Source: Daphnia carinata (Eukaryota). From it: a stretch of 64,000 nt of DNA. Below the pieces are notes generated by a model. The model saw only the letters and a program-made list of their open reading frames with translations. It was not told where the DNA came from and did not search any database. Made by a program: the position numbers and the translations under genes. Position 1 is the first letter of the stretch. Every line of letters starts with the position of its first letter. Positions 10,101-24,410 of the stretch are shown piece after piece. The stretch spans positions 10,416,001-10,480,000 of the forward strand of contig NC_081333.1 of NCBI RefSeq assembly GCF_022539665.2, written 5' to 3'.

Positions 10101-13100
10101 GGGAGACGCTTGATTCTATTTGCTCTGGAAACATAAAAAAAAAAGGCAAAGTATTAATCGCATAAAAAAAAGGGGAGATAAAATGAAGGTGAATAAATAT
10201 TAAAAAAAAAAAACGTGGCAGTCACGGCTACCTTGAAGTCTTTTGTTTCAATTTATGTTTCCCTTTTGCTTCTTTTTTTCTTCTCCTTTATTTCCTGTTT
10301 TGTTTTTTTATTGAAGAAAATTGCGAGGCGCTAGTCGATTTCCAAACGAGACGAGCTGGACAAACGTACGATCTCCTTGCACAATGTGGGCGCGATACGA
10401 CTGTCTTTATATAGACACGATCTAAAGGGGACATCAACGAAATAAGTAAATCCAAGAGAAATTGCATCAAAGCCAATGATCGAAACAGTGAGAATGCGCG
10501 GGGGGGATTTAGAATAATCAGTAGACATTTGTGGCAGATCTATACGTTCGTCCAATGGATAAAAAGCAACGAAGATCGAAGTATAGGACCCCAAAACAGA
10601 TTGGCAATAGACGCACGAGCAAAGAAAATGAGATTGTTGAGACCTAAAGAGAAAGAGTCACTGTTGATGCAATGATCTTTTTTTTTTGGCCGAATGGTTG
10701 AAACGTGGCCGGCAAAGGTCGAGCTCTATACCGTTTTTTCTTTCCCCCTTCAGCTAACCGACTAAAAAGCCCTGAATAGCCCTGGTCAGAGAAGAGCGTG
10801 AAAATAAGAAATGGGCAAGGCCAAGTGTCCCCGAAAGCTTTGGCCCAACTGACGTGCCTAATGGCCAACACGGTCCGAGTCTAGTTTTTGCTCCGATAAC
10901 AAAAACAACTGAGCAGCGCTAGTGCAACCGAGGGGCCTCTCTGACCGACAAGCCAGCGGAGACTCTCTTTACTCCAACCGGACACGAGGAGGAAATAAAA
11001 CAAAAAAAAAAAAAAGAAACGTACGAAACAGCCCCCTGCGTAAGACAAGAGAGAACGTCGGAAAACAAGAGCAAAGTCTTAATATACGAGAAAGAAAAAT
11101 GGAGAGGAAAAAAAAAAGGGAAAACAAATCGTCGTTTCCATCAGCCTCTTATAGACGTTCACGTTCGCCCCTAACCGTCCAACTCGGCCGTCAACGACGT
11201 CCACGGTAGTTTGGCTCTGGTCGTCGATGACCCCAGTAGGACTTGGAAGAACAACATCTAGCCCTCCTGCTGAAAGAAAAGAAAAAATAGCCATCAGCTA
11301 AGAAGAAGAAGAAAACAATAGTAGATCTCCCTTGATAGTCGGCCATCTTCTTTTCTCTTTGCCTTTCTCTGTGTATACATCTATATCGTGAGCCCTGCTC
11401 ACGTATATGTTATTACACTACCTTCTATATATATAACTGTATACGTATATATTCCACTGTTGTATATATATATATATAGGACTTGCATCTAAAAAGTGCG
11501 TACGTCTATTCGATATAATTCCATAGAGTCTCATGGCATCTGGCCACCCATCTTTGTTTTTCCAGCTTCTAGTCTGTAAATGACCCCAACGGCCGCTGGC
11601 CTCACGCAACATCTCAACGCGTTGTCCACTTCTTCTAATTAAGCTTACAGCCAAGCAAACCATCGTCCCATTTAGGTGAAGTCTAGAGAAGGGCGACCGA
11701 ACGTTTCCCATCGGAGTTGCGGCCTACAAACAACAGGTCGATGAGGTGAAGTTGATTTGATTCTTGACAAACGGTTGTGCCGACATGCTTTTCGCTTTTA
11801 CACTGCGACGCGCACCAGTTGACTATAGCAGCTTCCTCTAGCTAAAATCATTTTGTCATTGATATAATAGAACTGTGGCCTCTTTTTTTTTTTTTTTATT
11901 CTAACCTATTCATCGATTGTTCGTTTCCCTTGTCGGAGCGTAGGCATGAAAATGTTACGCTGCCGCTAAATGTTTTCAGCGTTACCTTCATTGACCCAGC
12001 GTTTGCTTATTGTTCTGCGCACGTTATTGGACGTAGGATGTACTATAAAGAACGTATATTTATAGGAAAAAGCCGGTCTGTCGACATCTCAGCTACATAA
12101 GTCAGTCCAAGAATAATCCAGGTGTGTCGGAATGTCGTTGAGCTTTTCATCACCTTTCTTTTTTTTTTTTTTTTTTTGCTGGTGTCGTTTTTCTGCTTTA
12201 CTTCGTTTTGGAATTCCAGTTGTAAGGCACCCAAAAATGAGGGGGGCCTTTTTTTTTTCTTCTTTATACGTCTGTGCTGAATAATGAAAGCTCAACTGTG
12301 TCCAACAAGAGGGTTGCAACTATCCCCCTTCCCTTTTTTTTTTGCCACCCGAATCCCCCATGAATAATCTGACATAAATCAGGTCATAACCTTCTAATTT
12401 TTTCCTTTTCATTCTTACATTTTTTTTTTCTTTCCTGAGGTTTCGATGATACTTTTGCGCTAGATTCCTTGTGAAACTATATGCATTTTCCCCCCTCTCA
12501 TTTTCCGATAAAAGGGAGACCTTATCCTGTGGGCCTCCTTCTCCGTTGGTCGTCGGCCGTAAATCTCGAGTGCAGTCGACTTGTATGTGCACCAAGAGCA
12601 GCAGGATTCCCCGCAAGAGCGCAAAGAAGCGAACAACTGCAACACAGCAGCAGCCATCCAGACCCGCAACAGCAGGGCGTATATACTTTACATGCAATAT
12701 CAGAAGGTTTGGAAGGGGGGATACGATGATGGCCAATAGAAAGGCAGAAAAAAAAGGGGGACCCATTTTTCGGGTTCAAAAAAAAGAAGACTATTGATTA
12801 GCAATACTAATAAATCAATCAACCAATGCGCGGGATCAAGCGTCGTTTCTTTATGATCGAAAAATGCTGCGACATGGACCTATATCATCGTCACAAGTCA
12901 TACTTATAAGAGAAAAAAGAATTTCATGCGGTAGGAGGGGGGGGGGGGGGGAGAGATGGAAGAGAGAATGAGGATATTGGACTTTTCTTTTTTTTTTTTT
13001 TGTATGAGCAAAAAAAAAAAGGCGGCCGGGCATATCAAGATGGGAAACCTCGACGTCGCGCTCGACGTGACGCTTAAGTACAGCGAACATTGGCCTGCGT

Positions 13101-16100
13101 TGATCTGTTGACGAAAAAGGGGGGAGGGGGGCGCCGCAGTTTGTGGATACTGTGCGTATACTATATAGCACAGATAAATAAAAAAAAAAAGGCTACAAGG
13201 GTATATATATATATATAGTTGAAGGCTTTTCAACCATCTCCAAACTTGCGCTCCGATGATTGCAACGTCTCCAAAACTTCTTTTCTTTGCACGCAAGTTG
13301 ACGAATTTGTTTTCTTTTTTTTTCTTTTTTTTCTACCGAGTTCTTCTCCAATCTCATTCGTATCTTTCCCTAAAAAAAAAATAAATAAATAAAATAAACA
13401 AAGTTAAACGTTAAAAAAAAAAAAGGCAAAAAGCTATCCAATCGGCTAAGGCCAGATCGTCACGTACCGTCAATATTGATCGTCAATAATTCCCCATTGA
13501 CCACGCGGCGGTCGCCCAATCAAGATCGCCCCCCCGTTATCCTATCTATACTACAATAAAGGATCATCATCAAATTATTTCCTTTTTTTTTTTCTTGTCT
13601 CTCCCTTTTGTGTGTGTGTGTGTGTTTTCTCTGCTTTTATACCATCTCGGTTTATACTTTTAGTTTGCTCGTATTATTTTTTTTTTTTTCTCTAACGCAA
13701 AATGCATTGCACGGACGACCCCGTGACCTCAATCGGTTTGCCGGGAATTCGTTCCACAGTCAGCAAAATAGCAAGAAATCTCGGTCTTACGACAAAACGA
13801 CATAAGCCACGAAAATTCATGAAACAAAACTGACCTAGATGCTCATCTTGGACTTACTTGCGGCTCTACGCACAGACCAAACGCGTTCACGCCGAATGAG
13901 CTCCAAAATTTTGGCGAGAGCCTAAACTTCATGAACGATGTTGATTGAGGACCGTTTGTATAGACACACAGCCGGAGAGCTATCTGCCATTTGTTTTCAA
14001 TCCATCCGTTACACCGTTCGTCCGCTTGTCATTGGCTATAAACGCGTAGGTTTAAAAACAAACAAATTGAATCTCCCCTCCGTCATTCATATTCTCGTTG
14101 GGTGACGTTACGCGAGACAAAAACAAACGTATCAGTTAAGAGAATTTATTATTTTTACTTTGGCTTCCCATTTTCGTTCAAATAAACAAAAAAAAATATA
14201 CTCTCAGCAGGTGTAGGAGTCCCTTCTACGGAATCACGGGGACTACTGGACCCTCTTGCTGTATAATCGCATTATGGCATTAAGTTTGTTTTACTGTTTT
14301 ATTTTTGGAAAAATCTGTCTTTTTTTTTTTATACTAGTATTAATCGTTGATGTCCCCGCACGAAAGGCACTGAATTCATCTTCTCGAACGAACGTATCGG
14401 CTGTTTCATTACATTATACGGCGTTTCAAAACTCACGAGGAGACACTGACGGATGACGGAACGTCAGCAGTTCCTTTCACCTTGCATTCCATCTCATTCG
14501 TACATCCATTCGCATCCTATTTCTCCGTGTTGTTTCACGACCATCTCGCACCAGTGTAGCAACAGGGCTCGCTCTTAACTCTTTTCCCTGGAAGAAAGAC
14601 AAGAAAACGTTCGTATTTCGAAGAAGAACTTGAAACTCTTCTAACGATGAATGGATAAAAATAAATAAGACATTTTTTTATTGAGAACGCGTTCTCTCAA
14701 TCACACGATACCAGGTACTGATAAAAAAAGCAAAAGGGAATAAACAAAATAGAAAAATAAACTCACAAAGTCATTGGAAATGTGGTCATGGAGAAATCAA
14801 CAGTTTCTTCATACGTCCTCCTTTTTTTACGTTACCTTTCCGAATTTATTTTTCATTCTTTTCGTTTCTCGTCTACGAAAGAATAATAGGAAACTAAGAG
14901 GAGGGTGAAGAATTAGAGAAGGAAAGAAGCTACAGATGAGAAGAGGGTGGTATCGGTTGATGTGTGCGTGTGGGCCCATCGAGACGATTGTCCGGCCGCA
15001 GACAATGCGATGACAAAATGCCCGTTGAATGCTTCCATCTATTCCGAGAAAGACGATAAAAAGTAAAGAACTAGTTGTATAATAAAAATGAGAGAGAGAG
15101 AGAGAGAAGAAGAGAATGAAAGGGGGCTTGGGCTGCCCGATGATATACCTGCCAGGCGCTATGCGGCCGGGTCTTAATTAGAATTTATTAGGAAGAACAG
15201 CGAGGCCGTCGCGTTTGATGCGCCATTACACACGCATAGTTTTTGGCCCATCCTGAGAAGTCACAGAGAGAGAGGCAGATAGAATGTAAGACAAAGACAA
15301 TTCCATTTGGCCGCGTGGCGTTCCTTTTGTCCGTGTCCGATCTAGAATTACACAGTCTGAAGTGTTGAAAATACCCCCCCCCCCTTACCCACCTTTATCC
15401 CCCCTCTCCCATTTTCTTTTTAAATGAAGGAAAAAGGTATAGAACTCGAGAAATCCACATTTTAGTCCGTTAGAACACCGAAAAAAAGGAAGAGAGAGAA
15501 AGAAATGAAAAACATGTGTTAAAAATGACACCGTTCTCTAACAAATGCCCACCCTACTCACCGCAGGACACGGGTGTCTCTTTCTTTTACACCTGGCCCT
15601 CTTTTTTTCTACCTTGTCTCCCCCCCCCCCCGACTCGCTTCTTTTTTTTTTCCGTTTTTTAAACCTACAAAATGCTGTGCATGTTACCTAAACTGTACAT
15701 GACCCTGTGCCCTCTCTCTCGGCCATTTGACTGGAACGCTCCATCCGTAACCCCCCCCCCCCCTCTCTGGCTGGCCCAAAAGGCGAGCAGGTTTCTTTTT
15801 ATCGTTTTCATTTTGTGAACCCGTGGTTGTTGTGTTCAGCTCGCCTTTTAAAGCGCGTATAAACTCTCCTTCAAGTTCCACTGAAAGAGCAAAACAAAAC
15901 TGTTTTTCATTTTTATTTCATTTTTGTGTTGATAATGTCCCGACCCATCGTGTTTTTTTTTTCATCCGCTTTCTTCTCTCCTTTTCTTGACTTTTCAATG
16001 GATGGGTGGACTTTCACGCATTTCTTTATGTGATGATGATTTTATTTTTAGGGGGCGCGACGGTGGCTACGGGATTTAAACGGTCCACTGACAACAGCAA

Positions 16101-19100
16101 TAACAAAACACTCGACGCCCACACACACAAAATGGAGAGGGTCATCGGTGAATGCTTCTTTTGCTATCCTCGTTAGATGCTCGACCCGTGTCTCTCCATC
16201 ATGTCTACACGGAGTAAATAGAAGGAGGAAAATAAGAGAGTGAGAAATCCAGCTGGAATATAGTAAAAAAAAAAAAAAAAAAAAAAGGAGGAGGGATATA
16301 ACACGGAGCTCATCCATCACGAGACGATGGAGCGTATGGATGCGATACATCTCCATTGACTGTTCAATTGAGAGAGTGAAGAGAGATTTCCCCTCTATTC
16401 AACCTCACCGTTATGCGCGCACACGTTTGTGTAGTTTGTGTGTTTATAGTTGTCAGATGAAAGCGATGAAGCAAAGCAACGAGCTGGGAGGTTCTCTATT
16501 TATTGTTGTCACATCGATGAAGATCTTCTTAAGAGAACATTTTCACGCGCCATCTTCCTCTTCGTTTCAAATATATCTCTTGCACGAATAATAAAAAAAA
16601 AGGGTCAAATGACTATGTATTTTGGAAGCTGCCGTTTGTTTTGTCTTTCGGTGGTTAAAAAGAAAAACGGTTAGTGCGAAAAGAAATAAGAAAAAGTTTG
16701 AATTTCTGATTTCGCTCCCGCTACGCAATGGAAAAACACCCTGCTGCTCATTACCCGCCATCAAATATCAATTGAATTTTTCTACTGACATTCTCCCAAT
16801 TGACTTACGTAGCACAGCATCGCTTAAACAAGAAAATTTATATGAGACAGAAGAGCAACATTTTTTTTTTTTTTTCTATTCTCTCCCTGATGTGGACGTG
16901 TATTTCCACATCGTTTTATTTTCTATTCGAGGAAAGGGAATAAAAAAAAGAAGGAGAAAATCATGGAAAATGTCGACTTTGATCGTAAATAATTGTTTCA
17001 AGCTCGACTTCTGCGGGGGTCCTCACTCTCTTTTCTCGCTCTCCTGTCGGTCGTCTTCCTCTTAGCCCTTTTTTTCCCCTAACGTTCCTCCTCTGCTTCT
17101 TCTTCGTCTTCTTATTCCCCCTTTTTTTTTTTGGAAATTTTTGGATATATAAAAACGCGCGGGCGGCGACGGGCGGCGACGGGCTGTTGTTGTTATAGAC
17201 CTCCGACGAGAATGAATGAGCCAACGCCAGGTGCTCTTCATCTTTTTCATCCGTGTGCCATCACCTTTCATTGTCCTGTCTTCCGAGAAATATCACTGGC
17301 CATCGCTCTCTGTTTCTCTTACTTCTCTTTCATTCTTCTTTCTTCTCCTCTCTCTCTTTCTCCCATTTTCAACCGACTTCATCATCAACTATGGCCGTCA
17401 TTGTTGTCCTCATAGTCATCGTACTTTTTTTTTTTAATGGCAATAATCACGCCAGTCTATTGTTGTGGCACTGACTGGGCCACGCCGTGCCATACTCGAC
17501 CTGACCGGCAAAAGAAACATAGGTGACCTCTACATAAAAAAAAGAAAAGAAAAAAGATGCAAAGCAAAAAACATAGGCCAAATGTAGCGTTCGTTCATCA
17601 CGGCGATTGTTATTGCAACACTTTCTCCCTCCGCATAAAAACATATTGGAGCACAAAGAGAAATAATGCGCAATAAAAGGAAATATGGAACGAAACTTGA
17701 AAAGAATAGACTCCCCTCCCCCCCCGAAAAAAAAAATAGTTTGGCTAAAAGCTTATAAAAAAAAAAAAAGAAAAAGTGAATCGAAAGACTGAGTATACAA
17801 CGTTAACGATCCGTGTACACTTAAATAATTAGTCGGTATAGTGTGCGTAGAACAAGCGAAACTGTCGACAAGGAGATAAATAGTAGAACCGGATGACAAA
17901 AGAAAAGAAAAGAAAAAAGATTAGGCAGACACACACACACACAAACGTATATTAGATTATATATACTGGTTGCGTCTATAAACAGTGGAATGACGGTGAA
18001 AACGAAGTAGGAAAAAAAAAAAAACAACAAAAAGGTAGCGATCCCATGATTCGCACTGGGCGGTCGCCGCCGCGCATCGATCCTTAAATCATTCACGGCG
18101 GGCAGGAAGCTTAATGGTGTTGATTGCCAGCAGATATATTGAGTCGAGCAGACAAATAGACACAGGGGCGGCCGGAGTTAACGAGACTCGCTGAATTAGA
18201 CGGAGCGCCCTGTATGTCGCAGACAGACCCAAACTGGCGCTTCCTTTTGGCTTATAACTCTTCTACGTTACCTTCTTCTTCTTCTTTTTTTTTTTTTTTG
18301 AAAAAAAAAAAACTCTTTTCTTTCTTGTAAGGTTGAGGACTCTCACGCTGACTAAAAACAAAATACTTCGCGTCTGTCTGTCTGGAGCTGTGGGTGTAAT
18401 CAACTGTTGTGTGGGGGGCGCTTAATGAACGGCGCAACGACAGTTGCAATGAAATCGCGCTTCCGGCTCGACACCCCCCTTCTTTCCATCCTTCTCGAAC
18501 GCACAAGTCTAATTATTATTACAATTTACAAGAAAAGAGACGCAACACATTACTACCACCTCCCCAAACAAAAAAAGAAAATTCAAATAAAACAATGTCA
18601 ATCCCCTTTTGTTTTGTTTTCGTTTTTTTTTTAAAAAAAAAAAAAAAAAAAAGCTAATGGATTGCGATTGCAGAGCGTCCTCCTTCACGAATATCATCCC
18701 AGGAGCAAAATAAAAAGTACTAAGAAGGCAATAAAGAAAAAAAAAAAAGGGGAAAAATAAGCGTCGCGGTGCTGACGTTTTCCTTTTAAAAACCCGGCTG
18801 CCTAACTTGCCGTTTTATACATGTAATTTGTCGCTGTATATCAAAATAAAAAGCTTGTTTTCCACCGGTTGGCAGTGCGACACGAAAGACGACAGCGTTC
18901 AACAAGAAGGTGGAGCGGACAAAGAATTTTTAAAAATGAAAAAAACAAAAAAATGGAGAATGAACAACCACAATAACGCGTGAAGGAATAAAAAGAAAAA
19001 GAGAATGATGGAATCAAACCACGCCACACGCTGCTGTAATATAAAAAAAAAAAATAATAATAAATAAATATAAAATAAAACAAAACAGATATACACTACT

Positions 19101-20276
19101 CGGTTGGTAGGAAGGAACGCCTTATGGATCCTTGTAACGAACACGCCTCCCATTCAAAATTAAGAATCGGAGCCGGCTGATTTATCATGTGACAGGGAAA
19201 TGAAAAAAAAAAAAAAAAAAGAAGGGGAACCGACCGAGGAAACGAACACGCAGGTTAGTGCTGTACCAAACCACTGCCATAAGATAACGAATTCGAATCA
19301 ATCCAACCGAAGGCGAGCCAGCGCGGTTTTGATTAGCGTCAGCCGGGGGAAATAAAATTACGATTATTATTCTTTTTTTTTCTTTTTCTCTCTCTTTTTT
19401 TTTAAAGGATGTTCTGCGTTGTTTTGTGAATGTGATGTACGCTCACCAGACCGCAAAGTCATCTCTCTCGCTCTTCTTCTGTTTATTTATTTCTTTTCAG
19501 CTGCTTTTCTTTTTTGTTTCACTTTGTTCTCATTTTCCTTCGAATTTTTTTTTTTTCACGCTCCGCACACGCATTATCGCAATGCTATTCATAAAGCACA
19601 CACGAAAGCCACAAATCTCTGATGGTGGCCTCGCTCAACCGACTCGACATAATCGTTTCCAGCTTTTCCTTTTGCTAACGGGCTTCGTGAGCATCAATCG
19701 AATTCGATTTTTATTTTTGCCAATAAATTGTCATAGTCCAAAAACTTTCTCTCGAACAAGAACACACACAAAGAAATCTGAAATAAAAATCTATAACTTT
19801 CCCTATTTATTGACACTTGCATGCATTTAAAAGTTTTGTCTGCCTGTTGAGAGCGAAAATACAAAAATTTTCGAAATTAGAATTTTAGAAAATAGAATAG
19901 TTGATTAACATTTGATCCTCACACACAAGTCTTGTTACGTTTTATGGCAGCAATTTTCTTCCATTTAATAACGCTTGATGGAAGGCGTTTATTTACGGGC
20001 TCTCCGGCCTTGGCTTGTTGGAGATCAGGCAACATGAAAGACGGAGCCACTAGTGGCACGCCAACACCAGCCAGACGAAATAGGGAAAGAGAGAAATTTT
20101 TTTTTTTCGTTGTCGTATTGAATTCAATCTCCGTGGCGATAATAATTCACCTGCCGTACTGCAGCCAGCCAGCACACATCCTTCGGTGTCTACAAAGTTT
20201 TGGCCTTAATTTAACCAACCGCGCCGTTTCGTTCGGATAGGACGACGATATATGCTACTCCTCCTCCCCCTTCCCG

Positions 20277-20301
20277 TCTCTCTCTCTCTCTCTCTCTCTC
20301 T
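20277..20301. repeat. (TC)n microsatellite
   Basis: tctctctctctctctctctctctct. Confidence 0.9.
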
Positions 20302-21899
20302 TTCACACACACAACACACATACATAGACAGTAAAATGCAAAGACAGGCGCATTATCCCCCCTTTTGCTTCTATAATTAACCGGCATTCATCATTTGGAG
20401 TTGTTCGGGAAAAAGAAAAACAAAATTTCTATCATACACAAGGATAGCAAACCCCCCCCCCCCCCCCGTCTGCCTGTCCTGATGGTTTGCCCCCTTACCT
20501 TCATCACGAGACTCGTACACCTACATATATCTATCCCCCGTCTGTTTTTTTGTTTTTTTTTGTTTTCTAAAGTTTAAAAAAAGAAACACATTTCAAATGG
20601 GCGCCTATTTTTTTTTTTCTTTCTTTTATTACACCGAAACATCAACCTTTTTTCTTGACTTCATTTTTTTTTTCTTTCTTTCTGGTCGACGAAAGTCCCG
20701 ACCGACATATCTTTAGCCGCCCCCCTTTTAATTCTTTTTCTTCTTTTCACCATTTTTCTTTTGCTAGCTGCTGGTTCTGCCTCGTATTATATATTGCATT
20801 CCGTGACTGCTGCTGCCAGAGGCTTTTCTGTAATCATCATCATCACCTGGTCTGCTGTACCTTCGTTTATTTCTTTTCCTCAATCATCTTGAACAGTTTT
20901 TTTTTTGTGTTTTGTTTTGTTCCACCGCACGGCCGAGATCGCTAATCAGGCAACGAGACAGAGAGACAGCAGTCGTCACATTGTGAATTATTGTTTGTAT
21001 CCACCTCCCCTTCGTCTCGTACCCTCTTTATATTGCGCGTCGACTTTGTCTAACCTACAATTTCCAACCACTAATCAAGTTCGTTTTTTTTTTTTTTTCT
21101 TTCATCTTGTTCTGGCTATACCCTAAAAAGGGAAAGAAGAATCAAAACAGTTCCATTCGCGTCATCACGCGACTAGACGCAGTCGACCAAACACGTCGAG
21201 CTGTGAACGAACAAGGAAGCAAAGACAAAGTAGTTCGATAGAGCGGTACCCATTTAATAAAACATAGCGCTTATATGTACTCGTTTTGGCCCTTTTGTAT
21301 TGTCGATTGTGTGTGGATGAGATAATCCAATGATAACGAAATATGCTCAATGATTCATCGGTGTAGGTGGCGGTTGTTTGAATCGCAGTGGTGACAGTTT
21401 CTTGCACCTTCGTTCAACCACAATTAAGCGAGCGGTCAGTTGCCTCCTAGCGTCTGTTTTGCTTCTGTTGGAGCTTCTGCTCCCGCTGTTGTAAAGACAA
21501 AAAGAAAAAAAAAAAAGAAAAAGATTTCTAAATAAAAAGCCACCAAAACCAACTGGAATGAGTAGTCGTAAATAAATCAAAAAACATTCAAAGTACGACT
21601 GCCTCTTTCATTTATAACAGTTTTTTTTTTTTTTTGTTCTTCTCGTCTTCTCCTTATTTTTATATTTTCCTCCTTTTTTTTTTATTGTTATTTCCCAATG
21701 TATTTATATGTTATTTATTGTTTTCCCCATTTTTGTGTTTCAGAGAAAGAAGGGACGTGAAGATTTGTTATTTCTTTCCTATACTATATACGTCTGCTAT
21801 TTGCTATTTGAAAAGAAATAATCATCCCGTCTCGAGAAATTGCGGTCGAACGAATAAACGCCGGGACTTTTAGCCTCTGGGATGATTACCGAGACCGCC

Positions 21900-21931
<32 letters not shown>

Positions 21932-22337
21932 CTTCTTTAACCTCCTACTCCTTTTTGATTTTCCTTTTCGTCTTATTCTCGCCCAAAATTTGCATTTCGA
22001 CGTATTTCATCTATAAATATATACACACATTACATGCACGTCTTTTTACGACTGCCGGACGGAGGCTCGTCTTTAGCTGCTCCCGCTATAAAAAAAAAAC
22101 AAAAAAAACAAAATGTATATTCCAACTCTGTCTTTTCTCTTTTCTCATTTCCTTCTCTATCGACTGAAAATGTCTGGCTGTGATGACGCCCGATGAAAAT
22201 TTCACTTGATATATTTTGATGAAAAGATGAAGACAAGAGAAGGGAAAAAAAAAAAAAAAATGGAAAGAATGACTGCCATCGTATACAGTTATAGTACGTG
22301 GCGGCCGAGAAAGAAATTGAGTATAATAATAAAAGAT

Positions 22338-22339
<2 letters not shown>

Positions 22340-22368
<29 letters not shown>
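22340..22368. repeat. (AG)n microsatellite
   Basis: agagagagagagagagagagagagagaga. Confidence 0.9.
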
Positions 22369-22372
<4 letters not shown>

Positions 22373-24277
22373 AAAGGGGGCCTAGACATTCAGAAATAGA
22401 GGAGCATACACAGACAGAAAAGAGAAGCGGGGTGGTGGTGCGCTTGCTGGCTGTTGAGGCGCTATCAGAACGATAAACGCCCGATAAATCGACCGAATAG
22501 CAGCTGATGCTTTCTCGGGCTCATTGGGCATCGCACAGGCACATGACATCTACCGGCTTCTATCCATAAGTCATTCGATTTTTAATCAACTCGGCCTGGT
22601 CGAAGAGAGGGGAGAGAACGAGAGAGAGAGAGAGAAAAAAAAATATCATCATAATAAAGAATTTTCGGGAAACTGAGGGGGGAGACGAGAAATGAAAATG
22701 TGGAGATGAAAAAAAAACAAGAGAAATTCAACAGTGAGAAAAACAAAACAAAAAAAAGTTCCGTGTTTCTCAATCTCATTCTTTCCATTTTAACTCAACG
22801 TTTTGTGCTCTCGTCTCGGCTTGGTTCGTTAGCCAAACGACGACCAAATGAGCAGGGCCAAACTCAATTAACACCTTCCGTGTCAGACCGCCATGACTGT
22901 TTGTCTGCGTGTGCCGCCTTCTCCTAGTCGTCCAATGTGTGTGTCTAAGTTGTGTAATGGACGTTCATCTCGCAGTGCACGTGTTTTAGTGTCGGCGGCG
23001 GAGAGCTTTCCATCTCTGACTTTATAGAGTTGATTCCACCGTTCTTTTTTTTTCCAAACAATTCGATGCATATTCCCTTCGTCTCACCGTCTCGTCCAAT
23101 TAAGAAGAAAAGAATGAGCGGGTTGAAACACGCGTATTCAACAACAACTCGAATGCCACGACGATAGGAAAAATAAAATCTCTGAATCTTGTTCATCACC
23201 ATCTTGAATTTTTTATTCGTCGAATTCTTTTCTCTTCTCTTTGGTCTTATTTTGTTTGCCTTTTTTTTTTTTATAACCCAACGATGGATCAAGGATGCAG
23301 GGCAGGGTTTATTTCCATCATTTTATTTTATTTCTAAATATTTAATCGAGATGGTTCGACTATAGACAGAGAAAGAAAGAAAGTTCGGAGCAATATTGGG
23401 CGCAGGTGTTTTACCTATTTTTTGTTGCACGGAAAGTTTGTTCTCGGGCGCGGTCAATTCATCAACGTGCCTAAGGTGCGGGAAAACATCCTCCCTATCA
23501 ATATTACGAAAACGAACGGCTATATAAAAATGGAGGCAGCCAAGATGTGACCTGCAACGTTGGCTGCTGCTGCCGCCGCGCTCCAGTGTCGGCTTATCAT
23601 TATACAGCGAAAGAAAGATAGAGAGAAACAGTCGTAAAACAGTCTTTCCAACTCTCGTCCGACCGGGCCCATCACGCTCATAATAACGTGGCATACATAA
23701 CACACACACACACATATATATATAAATATTGAGAAAAGAGGAAATGAAGGGAGAGAAAGAAAAAAGAAATAACGATAAGAGTGCTAGCCAGGAGGAGAAC
23801 TGGCATGCGTGTGCCTCTGTGAGGAGAGAATGGGGGGGGGGGGGGGGATGGTTCTAGTTTTGGTGGCTGGGGTTGAGGGGGGGGGACTCAAAAGACGTGA
23901 TGTTCCCATTATACGTTTTGAATTATTGCTGTTCGATAACAACACGCAACGACAGCAAGTCTGCGGTCGAAGAATAGCACTCTCCACCCGACTGCTGGCT
24001 GGCCTCGGGCTCGTCGCCTTCGATCGTTTCATAGCCATCAATCCATACATTTTTTCTTATGTTCTCCCTTCGCCTCGCATTTTAACACGATAATAGTGCA
24101 TGCTGCAATGATTTTGTCTCTCACCAGCTTTTTCCTTTGTCGTGTTTTCTTCATGGTTATACTTGTGGTTATGAAATCGTTCGTTAACGATCGCGAGAAA
24201 CCTAAATTCCAGATCTGTTAAATAAGGTTTTCAAAATGACTTGAGTCGCCCGCACTTTTCAAAAAATAGCCCATCCA

Positions 24278-24290
24278 CGCCATCTAGAGG
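24278..24290 (-). promoter_or_regulatory. CTCF-like motif at the boundary of the non-coding region and the PNKP promoter
   Basis: Reverse complement CCTCTAGATGGCG resembles the CTCF core CCnCTAGRTGGCG. A similar CCGCTAGATCGCGC lies at 34106-34119 near the STX16 promoter. Motif match only. Confidence 0.3.
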
Positions 24291-24410
24291 TTACAAAAAT
24301 AATTTTTAAAACCGCTCTCTATTGGAATTGGCAAGTGGTTTCTTGAAGCTCTGTTTTGAACGTCAACGACAGTCCCAAAGTTAGAAATTTTGTTCCCTTT
24401 TGAATCGCTA

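Larger units (their letters stand above)
6930..24200. other. Long low-complexity non-coding region (probable large introns/regulatory DNA)
   Basis: Dense poly-A, poly-T, poly-C and poly-G runs and dinucleotide microsatellites. All ORFs are short and F/K-rich from homopolymers, with no recognisable domains. Several consensus minus-strand donor sites are present. Confidence 0.7.

Noticed and set aside
6930..24093. Numerous 60-150 aa ORFs
   Set aside because: Poly-F and poly-K tracts come from homopolymers, ORFs overlap on both strands, and there are no domains or coherent exon chains.
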